Source of the DNA: Candidatus Thorarchaeota archaeon
GTDB taxonomy: Archaea; Asgardarchaeota; Thorarchaeia; Thorarchaeales; Thorarchaeaceae
DNA length: 64,000 bases
Assembly (NCBI GenBank): GCA_046482545.1
Contig: JAWOEX010000024.1
Coordinates: forward strand, 1-64,000
Direction of reading: 5' to 3'
Shown: positions 38,202 to 47,815 of the stretch, piece by piece
Layout: each line of letters begins with the position of its first letter
Numbering within the stretch: position 1 is the stretch's first letter
Notes under the pieces: model-generated
What the model saw: the letters and a program-made list of their open reading frames with translations, nothing else
What the model was told of the DNA's origin: nothing
The model's database searches: none
Translations under genes and position numbers: made by a program

Positions 38202-39020
38202 ATGGCAACATTTTTCGAGAATCGCGAAGTAGTTGTACCTGGGCAGCTTTTGGCCGAGGGAAGATACAAATCATCTTTTGGCACATATGTGTCTGCAGAT
38301 GACGAAGTTTTCTCGGCTCTTGTCGGATTGGCAGAGCTGCGCGGTAACACAGTACGAGTTGTCCCTCTCCATGGCGTATACATTCCAAGAGAGGGTGACC
38401 GAGTTATCGGTACCATAACTTTTGTTGCCGGTAACAATTGGAAAGTAGATATCGGGGGCCCATATGGTGCCTCATTGCATGCTAATAACGCTCTGAGAAA
38501 ACCCTACGATGATGATATCTCCAAGTACTATGACGTAGGAGATGTCATAGCTGCCGAGGTTGCAACCTATGACAGGACAACTGGTCCATACCTTTCAATG
38601 AAAGGCAGAGGATTAAGAAAACTCGAGGGTGGACTACTTGTCGAGATAAGTCCTGCAAAAATCCCTCGCATCATTGGACGCAAGGGCTCTATGATTAACA
38701 TGATAAAGAGTAAACTCGATATCCAAGCTATGGTTGGCCAGAATGGTCGAATCTGGATACGAGGGGCTGAACTCGATTCCTTACAGATCGCTAAGAAAGC
38801 TTTCAGAATGGTTGCTGAGCAATCTCATACCACGAATCTAACAGATAGAGTTGCTCAGATGATTGATGAGAAACTAGTAGAACTGCATGAGGAAGAGAAA
38901 GATAGTGTTGCTGAACAAGAAGTAGAGAAATCTAATGAAAGTGAAGAACCCTCGGAACCCGGAGACGGTGAAGAGGACGAAGATAATGAAGAAGAAATGG
39001 AGGAAGTGAACGAAGAATGA
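38202..39020 (+). CDS. rrp4: Exosome RNA-binding subunit Rrp4 with acidic tail
   Basis: VVPGQLL, YIPREGD, PRIIGRKGSM, GQNGRIW. Confidence 0.95.
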   Translation: MATFFENREVVVPGQLLAEGRYKSSFGTYVSADDEVFSALVGLAELRGNTVRVVPLHGVYIPREGDRVIGTITFVAGNNWKVDIGGPYGASLHANNALRKPYDDDISKYYDVGDVIAAEVATYDRTTGPYLSMKGRGLRKLEGGLLVEISPAKIPRIIGRKGSMINMIKSKLDIQAMVGQNGRIWIRGAELDSLQIAKKAFRMVAEQSHTTNLTDRVAQMIDEKLVELHEEEKDSVAEQEVEKSNESEEPSEPGDGEEDEDNEEEMEEVNEE

Positions 39021-39820
39021 GCGGAGGAGAAAAGAAGCCGGACTATTTAATAAATCCGGAAGGTCTTCGGCTGGACGGTAGGCGTCCAGACGAAATGAGA
39101 CCCTTAGAACTGAAGGTGGGCGATGTAATTCGAACCGCTGACGGTTCAGCATCAATCAGACAGGGTAACACCTACATCATAGCAGCTGTTTACGGTCCCC
39201 GGGAATTACATCCGCGGCATCTTGCCCTCCCTGATAGGGCATACTTGCGATGTAACTACCGGATGGCGACATTTTCAGTTCCTGACAGGAAACGGCCAGC
39301 TCCATCCAGAAGAGAGCGAGAAATTTCTATGGTTATTCGGAACGCACTGGAGCCATCGCTGTTCCTGGAAGAGTTTCCTGAAGCCGTCATAGATGTCTAT
39401 GTTTATGTTCTTCAGGCTGATGGCGGAACTCGATGTGCTTCAATTAATGCCGCATCACTGGCATTAGCTGATGCAGGAGTTCCGATGAGAAGCTTGGTAC
39501 CATCAATAGCCGTTGGTAAGGCTGATGATACTTTGATAGTTGATTTGGGCGATAAAGAAGACAAGTATGGCGGAGGAGATATCCCAATGGCCATCATTCC
39601 CCAAACAGAATCAATTACCCTTCTCCAACAAGACGGATCCTTTAGTCGTGAAGAATTGATGGAGGCGATGCGCATGGGAATAAATGCTTGTAAAGTGTTA
39701 CATGAACGTCAAAAGGATGCAATAAAGCGGGCATATGTTAGAGAGCCCGGTGAAGATGATGACTACGAGGACGACCTCGAGGCTGACCTCGGGGACGCAG
39801 CAATTCCAGGGGAGGACTAG
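39017..39820 (+). CDS. rrp41: Exosome exonuclease Rrp41
   Basis: RLDGR, YGPRE, SRREREIS, QADGGTR. Confidence 0.96.
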   Translation: MSGGEKKPDYLINPEGLRLDGRRPDEMRPLELKVGDVIRTADGSASIRQGNTYIIAAVYGPRELHPRHLALPDRAYLRCNYRMATFSVPDRKRPAPSRREREISMVIRNALEPSLFLEEFPEAVIDVYVYVLQADGGTRCASINAASLALADAGVPMRSLVPSIAVGKADDTLIVDLGDKEDKYGGGDIPMAIIPQTESITLLQQDGSFSREELMEAMRMGINACKVLHERQKDAIKRAYVREPGEDDDYEDDLEADLGDAAIPGED

Positions 39821-39822
39821 AA

Positions 39823-40650
39823 ATGGGAGATTTTAGCTCAGAAATTATCAGTCAAGTAGACCGAGGATGGATTTCGAAATTATTGGATAATGGCAAGAGA
39901 GTAGATGGACGGAAATTTGATGAGTACCGCCCGATCGAAATTGAACTTGACCCAATAGCTGAGAAGGCGGAAGGTTCCGCTACCGTTCGCATGGGTGAAA
40001 CTACAGTAATTGCCGGTGTAAAAATAATACTCGGCGAACCATATTCAGACAAGCCCGCAGACGGTGTCACAATGGTTACAGCTGAAATGACACCCATAGC
40101 CTCTCCCATGTTTGAACCTGGACCACCACGGGAAGACGCTATTGAACTAGCAAGGGTTGTTGACAGAGGAGTCCGTGAAAGCGAGACAGTGGACACTTCT
40201 GCGCTTTGCATTGAGCCCGGCAAAAAGGTCTTCTTGGTCTTTTGCGATGTTTATCCGCTAGAATATGACGGCAACCTCTTCGATGCTTCGTCTCTTGCAG
40301 TCAATGCGGCCTTGAAGAGAACCGAATATGAGGACTACACCTGGGAAGATGGCAAAGCCGTGGCAACCGGTGAGAAGAAGAAATTACCACTGAACAACAT
40401 GGCTTTAGAGCTTACTGTGGCCAATATTGGTCCACATATGGTAATTGACCCGGTACTAAAGGAAGAGTTTGTAATGGACTCACGGCTTACTATGGCCATC
40501 GATAAAAACAATCATTTTGCCGCCATACAGAAAGGTGGTGGTATTGGCCCCATCACACTGGATCAGATTGACCGAGCCATGGGGATGGCACTAGATAGAG
40601 TCGAGGATCTGCGTGATGTATTGAACGCAACCCTTGAAGAAGTTGAGTAG
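39823..40650 (+). CDS. rrp42: Exosome subunit Rrp42
   Basis: RVDGR, FEPGPP, ELARVVDRGVRES, DGNLFD, IQKGG. Confidence 0.96.
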   Translation: MGDFSSEIISQVDRGWISKLLDNGKRVDGRKFDEYRPIEIELDPIAEKAEGSATVRMGETTVIAGVKIILGEPYSDKPADGVTMVTAEMTPIASPMFEPGPPREDAIELARVVDRGVRESETVDTSALCIEPGKKVFLVFCDVYPLEYDGNLFDASSLAVNAALKRTEYEDYTWEDGKAVATGEKKKLPLNNMALELTVANIGPHMVIDPVLKEEFVMDSRLTMAIDKNNHFAAIQKGGGIGPITLDQIDRAMGMALDRVEDLRDVLNATLEEVE

Positions 40651-40815
40651 AGCAATTGATGTGAGCCATGTGTAACACAACCGCATGGTTCCCCTCATGG
40701 ATTCTACCAGAACTCTAATAAGTAGAGTTGAGGGGCGAAAACCAGACTCCAGTTGTCCCGAGTGACTATAATGCATGGGAGTCAAATTTGATACATACAT
40801 AGGAGACCACAGAGA

Positions 40816-41316
40816 ATGGCGAGAAGAACAAAGAAAGTTGGCTCAACCGGTAGACTTGGCGCACGATATGGTTCACGACTTCGTCGAGCTGTCTATGAAA
40901 TAGAAGCCAGAAGGGCCGAGCCCCATCGTTGTCCTTCTTGTGCTACTCGTGCATTGAAGCGGAAAGCAGCTGGTCTCTGGATTTGTAGGAAATGCGGTCT
41001 CCGGTTTGCAGGTGGGGCCTATGTCCCATTCACTGATGCTGGGAAAGCTGCACAACGTGCTATTGCTCAGCGGATTAGTGGTGATTTCTTGACGTTGAAA
41101 GAAGAAGGCGAAGAGGAACTTGACTTCTTGCCCAATGTTGAAAGCGAGGAGATGACTGCCATGGAAGAAGCTATTGCTGCCAGTATCGAAGAAACTCCTG
41201 CAGCAGTTGAACCTACTCCTCTTCGAGTTGAGGAAGAAACGGTAGAAACCACCGAAGACGAGGAAGAAGAGGAAGACGAAGAAGAGGAAGTCATTCCTGA
41301 AGTTGGCGAGCTTTAA
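40816..41316 (+). CDS. rpl37ae: 50S ribosomal protein L37ae (eL43) with long acidic extension
   Basis: TKKVG..GRLGARYG, CPSC..GLWICRKC..FAGGAY. Confidence 0.95.
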   Translation: MARRTKKVGSTGRLGARYGSRLRRAVYEIEARRAEPHRCPSCATRALKRKAAGLWICRKCGLRFAGGAYVPFTDAGKAAQRAIAQRISGDFLTLKEEGEEELDFLPNVESEEMTAMEEAIAASIEETPAAVEPTPLRVEEETVETTEDEEEEEDEEEEVIPEVGEL

Positions 41317-41340
41317 GTTTGAATAGCCAAGTGACCTAAT

Positions 41341-41895
41341 TTGACATCAGTTCTGATTACCACCTCACGTAGAACTTGTAATCGTGTTCGTAGTTTTGTT
41401 AGTGACCTGGCAGTTGCTTTTCCTGATAGCACCAGATTCAACAGGGGAAGTATGAACCTAGCCGAATTAGCAGGCCGAATCAGGGCTTCTGGAGCGAATG
41501 CAGCTCTTGTAGTCACGACCTACAAGGGGAACCCAGGCGAGATTCAGGTCTATGATTCCGACGGGAATCGTACTCACGTTATCAGAATTGACGGTGTGGT
41601 TCTGCGTAGAGATGTTGCACCCTCGTACAAGAGCAGAATCAAGGCTATTCATGAGCTGAGAGCCAAGAAGGATTCATCTCATCAAACGTCTTCTCTAGCT
41701 GAGCTTGTTGCTTCCTGGATTAATCGAGATGTTGTAGAAGCGGATTCAGCTCTACCTGTGGGTGCCTCTTCGAAAGGAGAGGTAATCTACTGGTTTGAGG
41801 ATCTCCCTGCTGGTGAAACACTCTGGACACTTCATCATGCCGCCAGCGGTATTGAAGTAGGCCCCAGAATCCGCATAGACCAAATCAAGACCTAA
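41341..41895 (+). CDS. Brix-domain ribosome biogenesis protein
   Basis: LITTSRR..RVRSF..DL..NRG, GNPG, GPRIRI. Confidence 0.88.
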   Translation: MTSVLITTSRRTCNRVRSFVSDLAVAFPDSTRFNRGSMNLAELAGRIRASGANAALVVTTYKGNPGEIQVYDSDGNRTHVIRIDGVVLRRDVAPSYKSRIKAIHELRAKKDSSHQTSSLAELVASWINRDVVEADSALPVGASSKGEVIYWFEDLPAGETLWTLHHAASGIEVGPRIRIDQIKT

Positions 41896-41964
41896 TGCTT
41901 TCTACATCATTACGGTCAAACACAATGCTCTTTTTGGCTAGTTGCTACAGTATATTGGCTGTCT

Positions 41965-42243
41965 GTGATGGACTCTGAAGTATCTGAGATTGATGCTGTT
42001 TTTACCATGGATTTTAAGACTGAACAGCTTGCGCAAACGATAGCGGGGGCCTTGGAACCTGAAACTCGGTCTATTGAATCCGAACGTGCCAACACAACAG
42101 TCAGTGTGGAAGGTTCAACACTACGGATTCATGTTTCTGCTGAGGATGTAACTTCTCTGCGTGCCGCTATGAACTCCTTTCTAGCTTGGGTTTCCAGCTC
42201 TACAAAATCGATGGATCTAGTTTTGTCTGACACTTCTCTCTAA
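41965..42243 (+). CDS. pcc1: KEOPS complex subunit Pcc1
   Basis: ALEPE..A.D..SLRAAMNSFL.W. Confidence 0.9.
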   Translation: MMDSEVSEIDAVFTMDFKTEQLAQTIAGALEPETRSIESERANTTVSVEGSTLRIHVSAEDVTSLRAAMNSFLAWVSSSTKSMDLVLSDTSL

Positions 42244-42337
42244 TTACACCGTAGAGTATCCATGCCAAAATCCTTAAGTTCCTACAAAGGTGCCGCACAT
42301 TGAATACCCCCTAGTTGTACTTAGGGAGAGAAATGTT

Positions 42338-42700
42338 ATGGCCCAGACTTTACCGCCGCAACTTGAAGACAAGCTCCGGAAATTTGAGAATATGCGCAAG
42401 AACCATGAGACGTTGCAGGCAATGGTTCAACAGCTCCAAGCACAGTTGAATGAGACCGAGGCAACACTTGACGAGCTGAAGGATCAGCCTGATGATACAA
42501 TCACATACAAGAATGTAGGTCAAGTTATGTTTCGTGTGGATAAGGCCGAGATTGTGGAAGAGCTCTCGGATAAGCAAGAGACACTCAGTATGAAGCTAAA
42601 GTCAACAAAGAAACAAAGAGATACTCTTCAAGAGAAACTCCAATCTCAGCAAGAAGAGATTCAACTTGAGCTTGGTAAGCACAATCTCCAGTTACAGTGA
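42338..42700 (+). CDS. pfdB: Prefoldin beta subunit
   Basis: LPPQL..coiled coil..YKNVGQVM. Confidence 0.92.
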   Translation: MAQTLPPQLEDKLRKFENMRKNHETLQAMVQQLQAQLNETEATLDELKDQPDDTITYKNVGQVMFRVDKAEIVEELSDKQETLSMKLKSTKKQRDTLQEKLQSQQEEIQLELGKHNLQLQ

Positions 42701-43005
42701 GTGACATGAGTGCAGTTCTTCGCATAGGTCTGCCGGAGCTAACAGAAGAGGATATAGCTAGCTTGGCAGAACTTTGTGAAAAACAAATTACCGGCTATAT
42801 CTTTGAAGAACTTGGCAGTAAGAGCATTGAAGAAATGACCGTTACTTGTATTCTCGAACTGGAGGATGGGTTACAGCTAGATGTCCAGATAGATATCGCG
42901 CAGAAATTTGAGACAGGACATGATTTGGATACTCTACTGGATGAAGCAACCCAAAATGGGGTCAAATGGTTGGAAAAACAATTGATGGAGATGAAAGATG
43001 ATTGA
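42697..43005 (+). CDS. DUF3194-like hypothetical protein
   Basis: IGLPELTEE start; usual position after pfdB. Confidence 0.65.
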   Translation: MSDMSAVLRIGLPELTEEDIASLAELCEKQITGYIFEELGSKSIEEMTVTCILELEDGLQLDVQIDIAQKFETGHDLDTLLDEATQNGVKWLEKQLMEMKDD

Positions 43006-43982
43006 GCATAAAGCCGCTGCTAGAGGGTGCAGACTCAGTCCTCATCATAGGCCATCAGAATGCTGATCCTGACGCAGTTGCATCAGTGATTGCTTTTAGC
43101 GAACTCTATAAGAACGTGAATCCTGCTGGAACTTCTGTTCTGGCGTGTACTGATGTCAGCAAATTATCACAACAAGTCATTGATACCTTTGCTCCTGAAA
43201 TCGAGATTCTCAAAGAGCCCGATACAGAACCAGACCTGGTTGTCCTTCTTGATACTAATAGTCGGGAACAAGTCAACGGAGTGCTAATGAACTACCTGAG
43301 TGAGCCATCAAAAACACTTGTCGTCGACCATCATGAGCCTAATCCAGCAATCGACGAGTTAGCCTCTCACGTTATTCAAGAGCCTGACAGCTCATCGACC
43401 TGTGAGCTTCTTGTGGGCATATTCTACGAGATGGAAGTCGAACCGTCGAAGATGGCGGCGAATCTTCTTCTAGCGGGTCTTCTCTTCGACACGCGCCGCT
43501 TCTTTTACACGGACAAGAAGACACTATTAGCTGCTATGGATTTGATAGAAGCAGGGGCTAACTATGAAGCATGTGTATCCTCTCTCATTATACGACCAGA
43601 ACGCTCTGAACGGATAGCTCGATTGAAGGCGGCTCAACGTACAAAAATCCATAAGATAGACGAATGGGTACTTGCTACATCAATAATCGGGGCCTTTGAG
43701 GCTAGTTCTTGTCGCGGACTAATCAGTTTGGGGGCTGATGTGGCTATCGTGGCTGGAAAACAGGCGAAGGATTCAGTGAGATTGAGCTCACGATCCACCA
43801 AGGAATTCTACAATAAAACTGGCGTGAATCTGGCGTCAGATGTCATGGAACCGGTAGGTCAAATTATTGGCGGGAAAGGCGGTGGTCACCCCAATGCGGC
43901 AGGAGCAAATGGAACGGGCCACCTCAAAAGGGCACTGAATAAGTCGGTAGAACTAATTAAGAAGGCAATACATACCGATTAA
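43002..43982 (+). CDS. DHH/DHHA1 phosphoesterase
   Basis: HQNADPDA, DT, VDHH, GGGH..AAG. Confidence 0.92.
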   Translation: MSIKPLLEGADSVLIIGHQNADPDAVASVIAFSELYKNVNPAGTSVLACTDVSKLSQQVIDTFAPEIEILKEPDTEPDLVVLLDTNSREQVNGVLMNYLSEPSKTLVVDHHEPNPAIDELASHVIQEPDSSSTCELLVGIFYEMEVEPSKMAANLLLAGLLFDTRRFFYTDKKTLLAAMDLIEAGANYEACVSSLIIRPERSERIARLKAAQRTKIHKIDEWVLATSIIGAFEASSCRGLISLGADVAIVAGKQAKDSVRLSSRSTKEFYNKTGVNLASDVMEPVGQIIGGKGGGHPNAAGANGTGHLKRALNKSVELIKKAIHTD

Positions 43983-44007
43983 CATAACGGGAAGAGGACT
44001 GTTCTGA

Positions 44008-44850
44008 ATGCCGATTGTTTCGTTCAAGAATTTCAGCTTCAGGTATCTAGGATCCGAAGTTCTGGCATTACATGACATATCCCTGAACATAGACCAAGGA
44101 GAATACATTCTCGTTTCTGGTCCTTCTGGATGCGGTAAGACGACCTTCTGCAGGGCAATAAACGGTCTTATCCCACATTTTCACCGGGGGTACCTGTCAG
44201 GAGATGTTTTCGTTGCCTCTCAGAATACCAAGGAAAAATCGGTAGCGGAACTTGCGAAAACCGTCGGGATGGTTTTTCAGAATCCCAGCAATCAGCTGGT
44301 AACGCTTAACGTTGAAAAAGAGTTGGCTTTTGGTCCGGAAAATCTAGGTGTTCCCCCTGCTGAAATCCGGAAGAAAGTTGATGAAATGATTGAGCTACTT
44401 GACCTTGACCACTTGCGTGAAAAACATCCACACGAAATGTCCGGTGGGGAGCAACAGGCTGTGGCTTTGGCTGCAACACTTGCATTAGAGCCCGACATAC
44501 TGATAGCTGATGAGCCAACATCTAATCTTGATCCACAAAGCGCAGAACGAATCCTCGGAATTATTTCCTCGCTCAATAAGCAGGGGCTGACTGTAGTCTT
44601 AGTAGAGCACAGATTGGACATTGTCTCAAGTGATGCAACAAGGTTACTCCTCATGAATGATGGAGAAATTGTTGCAGATGGACCGCCAAGACAGGTGCTC
44701 GTTTCTGAGATATGTGAGGAGATTGGAGTTGGTATTCCAAAGGTTGTACAGGTCTACAAGCGGTTACGCAATCATGGTATCGATCTAGATAGAGTCCCCC
44801 TAAGCGGTGATGAATTAGCACGGTTGGCTAAGGAGGTATATATTTCATGA
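44008..44850 (+). CDS. ecfA1: ECF transporter ATPase A1
   Basis: GPSGCGKT, VFQNP, FGPEN, SGGE, DEPT. Confidence 0.9.
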   Translation: MPIVSFKNFSFRYLGSEVLALHDISLNIDQGEYILVSGPSGCGKTTFCRAINGLIPHFHRGYLSGDVFVASQNTKEKSVAELAKTVGMVFQNPSNQLVTLNVEKELAFGPENLGVPPAEIRKKVDEMIELLDLDHLREKHPHEMSGGEQQAVALAATLALEPDILIADEPTSNLDPQSAERILGIISSLNKQGLTVVLVEHRLDIVSSDATRLLLMNDGEIVADGPPRQVLVSEICEEIGVGIPKVVQVYKRLRNHGIDLDRVPLSGDELARLAKEVYIS

Positions 44851-45671
44851 TACTAGTGGATAATGTTCATTATGCCTATGACGGCATCTACACAGCTCTA
44901 CAAGGTGTCTCACTTCAAATAGACTCTGGAGAGCGCATTGCCATTATGGGGGAAAACGGAGCTGGCAAAACAACCTTACTTAAGCATCTCAACGGTTTGC
45001 TTCGCCCGCAGAAAGGACACGTTTACTTGGACGGTAAAGATACCTCAAGGAGCTCAGTAGCCGAGCTTTCGAAAAAGGTCGGGTTGGTGTGGCAAAACCC
45101 AGATCTTCAGCTCTTTCTTAACAGCGTGGAGGAAGAGGTCATGTTTGGTCTGAGGAATTTGGGTTTAGATGAGGACGAATCCAAAGCCCGGTGTGAAGAG
45201 ACATTGGAATACCTGTTATTGACCCCTCTTCGTAATCGATCGCCCTTTTCCTTATCTGGTGGTGAACGAAAAAGAGTTGCACTTGCATCAGTTCTTGCGG
45301 TGGAGCCGCAGATTCTTGCGCTTGATGAACCAACTATTGGACAAGATGCCCGGCAGAAAGAGAAACTGGCTGAACTAATTATCCGCCTTAACAACAAAGA
45401 AAAGACCGTTATTGTGGTAACGCATGATACGGAATTTGTTATTGAACACTGTCCCAGAACTATCGCAATGGCGGACGGGAGAATTATTGCAGATGGCCCC
45501 ACTAGTTCGGTTTTGAGCAATTCTAAGGTTTTGGATTACTGCTCATTGTCTCCTCCTGAAATGACGAGAGCCGCCCGAGCTCTCAGTTCGATATTCGACC
45601 AAGTTCCTGACCGTTTGACCCAAGTTCCAGAGATAGAAGGGGCATTGTTGAGACTACTCGGAGGTGCCTGA
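44847..45671 (+). CDS. ecfA2: ECF transporter ATPase A2
   Basis: GENGAGKT, SPFSLSGGE, DEPTIGQD. Confidence 0.9.
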   Translation: MILVDNVHYAYDGIYTALQGVSLQIDSGERIAIMGENGAGKTTLLKHLNGLLRPQKGHVYLDGKDTSRSSVAELSKKVGLVWQNPDLQLFLNSVEEEVMFGLRNLGLDEDESKARCEETLEYLLLTPLRNRSPFSLSGGERKRVALASVLAVEPQILALDEPTIGQDARQKEKLAELIIRLNNKEKTVIVVTHDTEFVIEHCPRTIAMADGRIIADGPTSSVLSNSKVLDYCSLSPPEMTRAARALSSIFDQVPDRLTQVPEIEGALLRLLGGA

Positions 45672-46446
45672 GTTGGCATCAATGCTAGATGTCTTCCAAT
45701 ACACGAAGAAAGATTCGCCCATCCATAGACTTGATCCTCGTTCCAAGATGGTTTTCTCCATTGTATTTTCGGCGATTTCTCTCATGTTTCTCAACATTCT
45801 CCCTCTTCTTCTTCTCATTATTGTCCTCTTGCCTATCATCGCAGCGGCTAAATCATTGCAGAGATGGAGCAAGAGCATGCGGGGTCTTGCAGTTCTTATC
45901 CTATTTATTGTGGTTTTCAACACCCTCTTGTCAGCAGTGGACAATCCTTTCTCCCGCTCACTTGCTCTAGCGACTAGACTAGTTGCCCTCATGACTGCAT
46001 TCTCAGTATTTTTTCTCACAGTTCATCCTGATGAGCTCTCTCAGGCGCTCATTCAGATGCACGTGAAATTCGAGTTCGCGTTCGCTATGAGTATGGCCAT
46101 GCGATACGTCCCAACGCTTACACAAGAAGCCTATGCCATAATGGACGCTCAGAGGGCTAGGGGTGTTGAGCTTGATAAAGGAAACATCATCACGCGCGTT
46201 AAGAACACAGTACCCATAATTGTCCCGCTTATTATTGTGTCAATCAGAAGAGCTCTCTCGATAGCGGAGAGTATGGAATCTAGAGGTTTTGGAGCGTCTC
46301 AGAATCGTACATATTTGGAACGCCTCACTTTTGATACTCGAGACTGGGTTATCTCTATTCTTTCTGTGAGTCTCCTCATCCTAAGTGTGTATTTCAGATT
46401 CTTTGTAGGTTTACCTGAGTGGATGCTGTGGGGCTTCCCCTTCTGA
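45664..46446 (+). CDS. ecfT: ECF transporter T component
   Basis: LDPRSK, RYVP, AQRARG, MESRG. Confidence 0.92.
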   Translation: MPELASMLDVFQYTKKDSPIHRLDPRSKMVFSIVFSAISLMFLNILPLLLLIIVLLPIIAAAKSLQRWSKSMRGLAVLILFIVVFNTLLSAVDNPFSRSLALATRLVALMTAFSVFFLTVHPDELSQALIQMHVKFEFAFAMSMAMRYVPTLTQEAYAIMDAQRARGVELDKGNIITRVKNTVPIIVPLIIVSIRRALSIAESMESRGFGASQNRTYLERLTFDTRDWVISILSVSLLILSVYFRFFVGLPEWMLWGFPF

Positions 46447-46788
46447 TTACTAGATAATCATATTTCAGGTTCACTGGAACAAATCCTATTCTCGCTCTAC
46501 TGTTCATTCTGAAAGGGGCTAATTTCAGAGAAATGGGTAAAGGGTGTAACTGATGCAAATTTTCCCTAGTGAGTATGTGCTATATCGGATGCAGTAATCC
46601 CAGTGTTCCGAGAACAACCGAGTGCCAAACACCTAAAGCGCAAACTCGACATAGAACAGTTTATTCGCCACATTCTTGGCTGGGCCTTAATTGAATGGTG
46701 ATTCAACTGCTCAACTTCATGTGCATACTATTTATGAATTAAGAGGCTGTATTATATACAAAGATGAAAGTCGTCTTGGTGATCAATT

Positions 46789-47370
46789 ATGACTGACTTA
46801 CTTGACAAAATGCCGATGAGGTCCCAGTACACTATAGAGCAGTTCTTGGAAGATTTAGAAAAAGTTGAGCCGACCCCAGGTACCGTTTATCGAGTTGGGA
46901 CAGAGCTGATATACTATGAATGGGCTAGTTGTAAGAGAGTCCGCGGAGAGGATGACCCGCTTACAAGGGAATTCAAGGAACTCCTTGACTTCTTCGAAGA
47001 AGATTATGAAGAGAAATTGATTAGAGGTGAATTGACTGAAAATGAGGAGACCCCGGCGTCTGTCATTGATGGTCTTATCGATCAGTTATCATCAGATTTA
47101 GCCAATACGGTGATTGGGCGGCCCGGTGATTACATCTATGACCTGCTTTTGGCTACACATAAGGCACGTCAAAAAGAAATCGTGGAATATTCCAACTTAG
47201 AGGAAGATGTACGTAAGGAAGTCAAAGAACACCCAGAGGATCCTGATGCTTGGAATGAGCTACGATTAGTTCTTTGGGTCCTAGCCGAATATGATGCAGC
47301 TAAGAAGGCCATGAAAAACGCACGGAAGCTTGGCTGGAATGCAGAGACATCCGAAATTGTTGCTCTCTAG
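46789..47370 (+). CDS. Hypothetical protein with C-terminal TPR-like helix pair
   Basis: PEDPDAWNEL..L..EYDAA. Confidence 0.55.
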   Translation: MTDLLDKMPMRSQYTIEQFLEDLEKVEPTPGTVYRVGTELIYYEWASCKRVRGEDDPLTREFKELLDFFEEDYEEKLIRGELTENEETPASVIDGLIDQLSSDLANTVIGRPGDYIYDLLLATHKARQKEIVEYSNLEEDVRKEVKEHPEDPDAWNELRLVLWVLAEYDAAKKAMKNARKLGWNAETSEIVAL

Positions 47371-47441
47371 TATCTGATTTGGATGAGTGGTATATCATAC
47401 CGTAGGATATCTTATCCTAAGAGCTAGGTTGGGCATAGCGT

Positions 47442-47798
47442 TCAGCAATTGACCTCAGGCACCTCATGTAGGAATGCCTGAAACTCCAAAGCACGCCCTT
47501 CCGGGTCCTCAGCGAACCACTGATAGATTCCGTACTTCTGATTCTCCTTCGGCTCTGTGTCTGCAATATCCTTCAGCTGATAATACATCTTGTCAACTTC
47601 TGCCTTGCTGTTGTAGTAGAAGGTTATCATACCCTCAGTTTCGGCTCCTTCTCGCTGACAAAAACCCAATAGCAGATTATGGTGACTGAGTATGGTACAG
47701 CCTGCTTGGTCTAGCCATATATTCATACCAATTCTACTTTGGTAGAACTCCACTATCTCATCGAGCATCTCTGTTCTGAAGAAAACAATGCCACCCAT
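47442..47798 (-). CDS. VOC/glyoxalase family protein
   Basis: FY...G, EVD, DPEGRALE. Confidence 0.85.
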   Translation of the reverse strand: MGGIVFFRTEMLDEIVEFYQSRIGMNIWLDQAGCTILSHHNLLLGFCQREGAETEGMITFYYNSKAEVDKMYYQLKDIADTEPKENQKYGIYQWFAEDPEGRALEFQAFLHEVPEVNC

Positions 47799-47815
47799 AG
47801 TATCCTCCCTCTTTC

